A DNA stretch of 64,000 nt, from contig OY970334.1 of NCBI GenBank assembly GCA_963717445.1, positions 3,891,406 through 3,955,405 of the forward strand, in the 5' to 3' direction. Position 1 is the first letter of the stretch. Each line of letters begins with the position of its first letter. Both the position numbers and the translations under genes were made by a program. Positions 58,320 through 64,000 of this stretch are shown in pieces. Below the pieces are notes generated by a model. It saw only the letters and a program-made list of their open reading frames with translations, did not search any database and had not been told where the DNA came from. This DNA comes from an uncultured Bacteroidota bacterium. Its GTDB lineage: Bacteria; Bacteroidota; Ignavibacteria; UBA10030; UBA8401.

Positions 58320-59441
58320 ATGGTCATCATTCAACGCAAAGATTTCGATTTCCTCCTAAGCGCTTTGCAAAAGCGTGACTATGCAATCATGGGCCCGAGC
58401 GTTAGAGATGGTGCAATCATGTATGACGAAATCCGCTCGGTTTCGGATCTCCCCGTAGGCTGGACGGATGAACATGAAAAATCGCGGTACCGGTTGAAGC
58501 GCCGAGCCGATGCGGCTTTGTTTGGCTATACCGTCGGTCCTCAATCATGGAAGAAATTTCTTTTTCCACCTCTTGCAAAGATCCTCACTGTCGTGAAAAG
58601 GGGAAAGGCAATGGAAATTAAGCTTGACGGCTCAAAGGAGATTCCCCCACGGTATGCTTTTTTTGGCGTTCGACCGTGCGAATTGAATGCCATCACGATC
58701 CAGGATAAAGTGTTCAACAATGATCGGTTCTCCGACCCTTCGTATTGCGCCCGTCGGAAGAATGTTTTCATTGTTGCGGTGAATTGCACGGAGAGCGGCG
58801 GAACGTGTTTCTGCGGTTCGATGAACACCGGCCCGGAAGTGAAGGGGGGATATGATATCGCCCTCACGGAAGTTGTGAAAGAAAGCGTTCATTATTTTAC
58901 GGCGGAAGCGGGAAGTGATAAAGGCAGCGAGGTCTTGAATGATGTCCCTCATAAGAATGCCGAAACAAGCGAGGTTGAGGCTGCTCAGGAGTTAGTCAAT
59001 GCCACGAGAACGAACATGGGGAGAACAATGGACACGGATGGTCTCAAAGAGCTTCTCGTCGACAATCTAGAAAGCGCTCATTGGGATGATGTCGCACGCC
59101 GATGCTTGATGTGCGCCAATTGCACCTTGGTCTGTCCCACATGCTTTTGTTCAACCGTTGACGATGTGACAGATTTGAGCGGAGAGCACGCAGAACGGTG
59201 GCGGCGATGGGATTCTTGTTTCACGATGGATTTCGCCAAAGTGACGGGTGGAAATTTTCGCCTGTCTCCCAGAGCACGGTATCGTCAATGGATGACGCAT
59301 AAGTTCTCAACATGGGTTGATCAATTCGGTACTTTAGGGTGTGTCGGCTGCGGGCGTTGCATTACATGGTGCCCGGTTGGCATTGATGTTACGGCTGAGG
59401 TTCAAGCGATCCGGAACAATAGCGTTCGAAGTGATGCATAA
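58320..59441 (+). CDS. hydrogenase/sulfur reductase beta subunit (HydB/AsrA-like, two [4Fe-4S])
   Basis: CLMCANCTLVCPTCFC and CVGCGRCITWCP ferredoxin-type motifs. 373 aa. Confidence 0.75.
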   Translation: MVIIQRKDFDFLLSALQKRDYAIMGPSVRDGAIMYDEIRSVSDLPVGWTDEHEKSRYRLKRRADAALFGYTVGPQSWKKFLFPPLAKILTVVKRGKAMEIKLDGSKEIPPRYAFFGVRPCELNAITIQDKVFNNDRFSDPSYCARRKNVFIVAVNCTESGGTCFCGSMNTGPEVKGGYDIALTEVVKESVHYFTAEAGSDKGSEVLNDVPHKNAETSEVEAAQELVNATRTNMGRTMDTDGLKELLVDNLESAHWDDVARRCLMCANCTLVCPTCFCSTVDDVTDLSGEHAERWRRWDSCFTMDFAKVTGGNFRLSPRARYRQWMTHKFSTWVDQFGTLGCVGCGRCITWCPVGIDVTAEVQAIRNNSVRSDA

Positions 59442-59460
59442 TTTTCTATAGGAGTCGAAT

Positions 59461-59925
59461 ATGCTAAAAGAAGACCTTAGTGAAGTGCTGAGAAAGCATC
59501 CTTTCGTGGGCGACCTGGATGACAAATATCTTCAACTCCTCGTTGGATGTGCGAAGAATGTGCACTTCCAGGAAGGCGAATATCTTTGTCACGAAGGGGA
59601 GGCTGCCGACTTGTTCTTCCTCATCCGGACCGGAAGAGTTGCAATAGAAATTCACGCCGGACACAAAGGGAAGCGGAGGATTCAAACCATCGGACCCGGT
59701 GAAGTGCTCGGTTGGTCATGGTTGATTTCTCCGTACCGCTGGCACTTCGATGGTTGTGCCGTTGCTGAACTTCGGGCATTGGCTCTCGATGGGAAATGCC
59801 TTCGTACCAAATGCAACAAAGACCACGATTTCGGTTATGAAATGCTGAAACGACTGGCGGATGTTTTCCAAAGCCGCATGGAAGCTACACGCCTTCAATT
59901 ACTCGATGTCTACGGTTCACGTTAA
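59461..59925 (+). CDS. cyclic-nucleotide-binding (cNMP-binding) domain protein without DNA-binding domain
   Basis: [19 protein letters not shown]…[13 protein letters not shown] is a Crp-like beta-roll. 154 aa with no HTH. Confidence 0.65.
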   Translation: MLKEDLSEVLRKHPFVGDLDDKYLQLLVGCAKNVHFQEGEYLCHEGEAADLFFLIRTGRVAIEIHAGHKGKRRIQTIGPGEVLGWSWLISPYRWHFDGCAVAELRALALDGKCLRTKCNKDHDFGYEMLKRLADVFQSRMEATRLQLLDVYGSR

Positions 59926-59936
59926 GGAGTGACTCA

Positions 59937-60801
59937 ATGAATCAACCGGCTTTTGTTGAAGTCGAAGGGCTCGTCGACCCGATGTTGCCGCAGTTGATGT
60001 GCATCAAGAGAATTGTGTGGGAAACGGATGACACGTTTACGCTTCAGTTGGAAAACGTAGGCCGCCCTGCCGCGGAGTTCTCATTCCTGCCGGGGCAATT
60101 CAACATGCTGTATGTATTCGGGATGGGGGAATCGGCTATCTCGATTAGCTCGGATCCGTCGAAGCCAAGCATGCTCGCTCACACGATCCATCGGGTCGGA
60201 ACCGTGACCAATGCCCTTTCGCAGATGAAACGGGGTGATATCATCGGATTGCGCGGTCCGTTTGGCAGCAATTGGCCTATCGAGAAAGCGAACGGATTGG
60301 ACGTCTGCATTGTCGCCGGTGGAATCGGCCTTGCGCCTCTTCGTCCGATGCTATATTCGCTCTTTCGTAGGCGAAGAGATTACGGACGCGTATTGCTCTT
60401 ATATGGTGCGCGCAGTCCGCTCGACCTTCTCTATAGAGTAGAACTTGAACAATGGAGCAAGCAGTACCGATGTTGAAGTCTTGGTGACGGTGGACCGGAG
60501 CGATTCGACATGGAAAGGGTACATCGGTGTTGTCCCCAACCTTTTCTCGTATATCAAGCTCGATGCCCGCGCAACGATCGCGATGGTCTGCGGTCCTGAA
60601 ATAATGATGCAGTACACAATTACGGAGATTTTACGTTGCGGTGTACCGGCGGAACAAATTTATTTGTCGATGGAGAGGAACATGAAGTGCGCCGTCGGCT
60701 TCTGCGGTCATTGCCAGTATGGACCGAAATTCATCTGCAAAGATGGACCGGTCTTTCCTTTTCCTCGCATAAGCAGCTACTTCGGAAAAAAGGAAATCTA
60801 A
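59937..60801 (+). pseudogene. hydrogenase gamma subunit (HydG-like FAD/NAD-binding, 2Fe-2S) with apparent frameshift near 60465-60475
   Basis: N-terminal part 59937..60476 (FAD/NAD-binding: FTLQLEN…PGQFNML; [14 protein letters not shown]) and C-terminal part 60445..60801 (CAVGFCGHCQYGPKFICKDGP) lie in different frames. Both halves are needed for a complete subunit. Confidence 0.65.
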
Positions 60802-60802
60802 G

Positions 60803-61576
60803 ATGAAATCACGCCAACCCAAAGTCGCGATCTACAAATTCGCTTCATGCGATGGTTGCCAGCTTTCGCTCCTCGACGCGGAAGATGAACTGCTTGCCGT
60901 TGCGGGTGCGATCGACATTTCATACTTCCCCGAAGCAAGCCGCAGGGTAGTGCGAGGACCGTACGACCTCGGGCTGGTTGAGGGAAGCGTCACAACTCCG
61001 CACGACGTGGGACGTATCCGTGCAATCAGAAAAGAATGCCGCACCCTTATCACGATAGGTGCATGCGCAACGGCAGGGGGTGTTCAGGCACTGCGCAACT
61101 GGAAGGACGTGAAAGAATTTGCGCGCATTGTTTATCCGAACCCCGAGTATATTTCGACGCTTGACCGCTCCCTTCCCATAGGTTCGTTTGTCCACGTTGA
61201 TTTTGAACTTCGCGGCTGTCCGATCAATAAGCATCAACTCATTGAAGTACTCGTCGCGTTTCTTCACAAAAGGAAACCGAACATTCCTTCACACAGCGTT
61301 TGTATCGAATGCAAGCTCAAAGGGAATGTCTGTGTGATGGTCGCCCAAGGGACACCCTGTCTCGGACCCGTTACGCAGGTTGGATGCGGGGCGCTGTGCC
61401 CGTCGTTTCAACGGGGATGCTACGGGTGTTTCGGCCCGATGGACAGCGCCAATACTGCCTCACTCAGCAAACAATTCGCCGAGGGGGGAGCGACGGAGCT
61501 CGAAATAAAACTTGCGTTTCGCAGTTTCAATGCATATGCCGAAGCATTCCGAAGGGAGAGTGACTCCCATGAATGA
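60803..61576 (+). CDS. [NiFe]-hydrogenase small (delta) subunit, group 3 type
   Basis: [18 protein letters not shown]… is the NuoB-like 20-kDa family. Confidence 0.85.
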   Translation: MKSRQPKVAIYKFASCDGCQLSLLDAEDELLAVAGAIDISYFPEASRRVVRGPYDLGLVEGSVTTPHDVGRIRAIRKECRTLITIGACATAGGVQALRNWKDVKEFARIVYPNPEYISTLDRSLPIGSFVHVDFELRGCPINKHQLIEVLVAFLHKRKPNIPSHSVCIECKLKGNVCVMVAQGTPCLGPVTQVGCGALCPSFQRGCYGCFGPMDSANTASLSKQFAEGGATELEIKLAFRSFNAYAEAFRRESDSHE

Positions 61577-62855
61577 TAAAACAATAAAAGTCGATTACCT
61601 GGCGCGCGTTGAGGGGGAAGGTTCGGTCTATGTGAAGATCAAAAACAACGAGGTCGCGGATGTCAAATTCAAAGTCTTCGAGCCGCCGCGATTTTTTGAA
61701 GCGTTCTTACGGGGAAGGAAATTTTCCGAGGCGCCGGACATTACTGCACGTATATGCGGGATCTGCCCGATTGCGTATCAAATGAGCTCAGTGCACGCGA
61801 TGGAAAATGCCTTCAACATTTCGGTTGACGGGCAGCTTCGCGCTCTTCAACGTCTGCTATACTGTGGAGAGTGGATCGAGAGCCATGTCCTTCATGCGTA
61901 CATGCTCCATGCTCCGGACTTTCTCGGTTATGAAGACGTTCTGCAATTGGCCAAAGACCATTCTGCGGTAGTACAGCAGGCCTTAAGGATGAAGAAAGTC
62001 GGGAATGATCTTGTCACTCTCCTCGGTGGAAGAGAAATTCATCCCATCAATGTGCGGGTCGGAGGATTCTATAGGGTTCCTGCAAAAAATGAATTTCTTC
62101 CGATCAGCGAGAAATTGAAATGGCTGCGTGATGCAGCCATTGAAATGGTCCGTTGGAGTGCCTCGCTTCCGTTCCCGGAGTTTGAACGAGATTACGAGTT
62201 TGTTGCGCTCTCTCATCCTAATGAGTATCCGTTTAATGAAGGGCGTCTTATCTCCAACAAGGGGCTCGACATCAATGTCAAAGAGTATGAATTTTATTTC
62301 CACGAAGAGCATGCTTCATATTCAAATGCGTTGCAGTCGGTGTTGAAAGAGCGGGGATCGTATCTCGTTGGCCCGTTAGCCCGGTTCAATCTGAACTATG
62401 AGAAGCTCACACCGACGGTGAAAGAACTGGCACAAGAAGTTCATTTTCTTCCTATCGTCCGAAATCCGTTCAAGAGCATCGTTGCGAGGTCAATCGAAGC
62501 GCTCTATGCGTGCGAAGAGGCGTTACGTATCATCGATCAATATGAGCCTCCTGAAAAACCTGCAGTCGATGTGACGCCGAGGCCGGGACTCGGTTTCGCC
62601 TGCACGGAAGCACCTCGTGGGATTCTTTATCACCGTTACCGAATCGGGGAGAACGGCATAATCACCGATGCCAAAATTGTTCCTCCCACCTCGCAAAACC
62701 AGCGTTCAATTGAACAAGACCTTCGTAACGTCGTTGTCAAGAATATAGCGATGCCGAAGGAACAGATGACATTGCTTTGCGAGCAAACCGTGCGCAATTA
62801 TGACCCCTGCATTTCCTGTGCGACGCATTTTTTGACGTTGGAATTCGAAGAATAA
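61569..62855 (+). CDS. [NiFe]-hydrogenase large (alpha) subunit, group 3b-like
   Basis: N-terminal [11 protein letters not shown] (RxCGxC) and C-terminal DPCISCATH (DPCxxCxxH) Ni-Fe ligands. Start ATG overlaps the small-subunit 3' end. Confidence 0.9.
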   Translation: MNDKTIKVDYLARVEGEGSVYVKIKNNEVADVKFKVFEPPRFFEAFLRGRKFSEAPDITARICGICPIAYQMSSVHAMENAFNISVDGQLRALQRLLYCGEWIESHVLHAYMLHAPDFLGYEDVLQLAKDHSAVVQQALRMKKVGNDLVTLLGGREIHPINVRVGGFYRVPAKNEFLPISEKLKWLRDAAIEMVRWSASLPFPEFERDYEFVALSHPNEYPFNEGRLISNKGLDINVKEYEFYFHEEHASYSNALQSVLKERGSYLVGPLARFNLNYEKLTPTVKELAQEVHFLPIVRNPFKSIVARSIEALYACEEALRIIDQYEPPEKPAVDVTPRPGLGFACTEAPRGILYHRYRIGENGIITDAKIVPPTSQNQRSIEQDLRNVVVKNIAMPKEQMTLLCEQTVRNYDPCISCATHFLTLEFEE

Positions 62856-63038
62856 ATCCGAGGCAATGGTGTGATGGAACTCTAAAGAACAACGATGAAA
62901 GGGGCTTTTGAGTTGTCTCTCAGAAGCAAACAAACACAAGAGACACTAAGCGGCAAAGAAGAGCGAACACCTCTTTTCTGTGAGTCTTGGTGTCTTTGCG
63001 TTTAACATGGTACCGCAAATCCAAGACGGAGGTGTATT

Positions 63039-63536
63039 ATGGGAAAGATTACCGACCTTTTGATATATCTTCAAGATAATAAAGTTCAGCACGAGATGAT
63101 TGAACATGACGAAGCATTCACGGCCCACGATGTTGCTCGAACGTCTCATGTTCCAACGAAGGAGTTGGCTAAAACTATCATTGTACGTGCTGACGGTGGT
63201 TTTTGGATGGCTGTCCTACGTGCAGATCAAGTGATTGACCAGAGTTTGTTACGAAGGGCGTTGCAAGCGAAAGAACTGCACTTTGCTAACGAAGAGGATT
63301 TGAGTTTTCTCTTCCCCGATTGCCAGATAGGCGCCATGCCTCCGTTTGGAAATCTTTACGGTGTGCCGGTCATTGTCGATGCCGCGCTTGCCGCAGACGA
63401 AGAGATCGCATTTAACGCTTGCACTCATACAAAAGTCATCAGGATGAAATACGTTGAGTACGAAAGGCTTGTAAGGCCGAGGGTGGGTGTGTTTGCCCAA
63501 TCGCCGTTTGTAGCGAAAGATATTGAGGTTGAGTGA
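63039..63536 (+). CDS. YbaK/ProX-type aminoacyl-tRNA deacylase domain protein
   Basis: 165 aa with the YbaK fold signature (…GAMPPFGNLYGVPVIVD…). Confidence 0.65.
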   Translation: MGKITDLLIYLQDNKVQHEMIEHDEAFTAHDVARTSHVPTKELAKTIIVRADGGFWMAVLRADQVIDQSLLRRALQAKELHFANEEDLSFLFPDCQIGAMPPFGNLYGVPVIVDAALAADEEIAFNACTHTKVIRMKYVEYERLVRPRVGVFAQSPFVAKDIEVE

Positions 63537-63541
63537 AAGGT

Positions 63542-64000
63542 ATGTTGTCATCAGTCCTGATCATAGGAGTCGGAAATGAATTTCGCTCCGACAATGCCGC
63601 CGGTGTTCTTATTGCGCGGGCAATTGAAGAAAAAAAACTTCCGGATGTTCTAGTGATTGAAGGATCCGGCGAGGGCGCCGCGTTGATGGAGGCTTGGAGT
63701 GAGGCTGACAATGTCTTTCTGATCGATGCCGTATCATCCGGTGCAGTACCCGGAACTGTTCATCGTGTTGATGCTCGGATCAAACCACTGCCCAAGGAGC
63801 TTGTTCTATTTTCAACGCACGCGTTTGGCGTGGCACAGGCAGTTGAGTTAGCGCGAAGTATGAATACGCTGCCGCCAAAGTTAGTCCTCTTTGGGGTTGA
63901 GGGTAAAAATTTTAGCTCTGGGACGAATCTGTCATTTGAAGTTTTGGCTGTAGTGCAGAGGATAACACAAATGCTTCTTGATGAAATATCTTCAGTTGTG
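63542..64000 (+). CDS. hydrogenase maturation protease (HycI/HoxW/HybD family), 3'-truncated at the window edge
   Basis: VLIIGVGNEFRSDNAAGVLIA…FLIDAV… is the typical maturation endopeptidase N-terminus. No stop before the window end. Confidence 0.8.
   Translation, partial: MLSSVLIIGVGNEFRSDNAAGVLIARAIEEKKLPDVLVIEGSGEGAALMEAWSEADNVFLIDAVSSGAVPGTVHRVDARIKPLPKELVLFSTHAFGVAQAVELARSMNTLPPKLVLFGVEGKNFSSGTNLSFEVLAVVQRITQMLLDEISSVV

Noticed and set aside
1-64000. CRISPR arrays, IS elements or integrases
   Set aside because: No regularly spaced direct repeats of 24-48 bp, and no transposase or integrase-like ORF translations, were seen anywhere in the window.

Overview
This 64 kb window is a chromosomal segment from a mid-GC (~50%) anaerobe. 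The gene repertoire suggests the Bacteroidota/Ignavibacteriota/Chlorobiota group: a GWxTD protein, a GldA/F/G-like ABC system with a DUF4340 partner, a histone-H1-like protein, TonB-dependent receptors, a KorAB 2-oxoacid:ferredoxin oxidoreductase, and a group-3 NiFe hydrogenase. Gene density is about 90%, with roughly 70 genes. Recognisable blocks are: pfk plus two M16 peptidases; purC, mrp and nfu; pdxA and serA; korAB with ccdA and two thioredoxins; a complete argC-argJ-argB-argR-argG operon with a palindromic ARG box; an iron locus (fur, feoA, feoA, feoB, a small Cys-rich gene, a TonB receptor, bfr); and a rubrerythrin plus NiFe-hydrogenase cluster (hydB, a cNMP-binding gene, frameshifted hydG, hydD, hydA, ybaK, a partial maturation protease). 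The most unusual region lies downstream of a tRNA with a CAU anticodon at 44.8 kb. It appears AT-rich by eye and encodes a divergent ECF-like sigma factor with a C-terminal extension, a zinc-finger anti-sigma factor, and a convergent 1085-aa signal-peptide-bearing TPR-CHAT (caspase-like) protein. Next to it sits a split HTH/B12-binding-like (CarH/LitR-like) regulator whose cobalamin-binding motif lacks the canonical His. Other notable features are: a nested pair of perfect 16-17 bp inverted repeats upstream of pfk; a 540 bp hairpin-rich intergenic region ending in a T-run that may be an ncRNA; a perfect 7-1-7 Fur/PerR-type box upstream of rubrerythrin; and an apparent frameshift in the hydrogenase gamma subunit. 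All calls rest on reading the translated ORFs for motifs and the DNA for repeats. No database searches were run.
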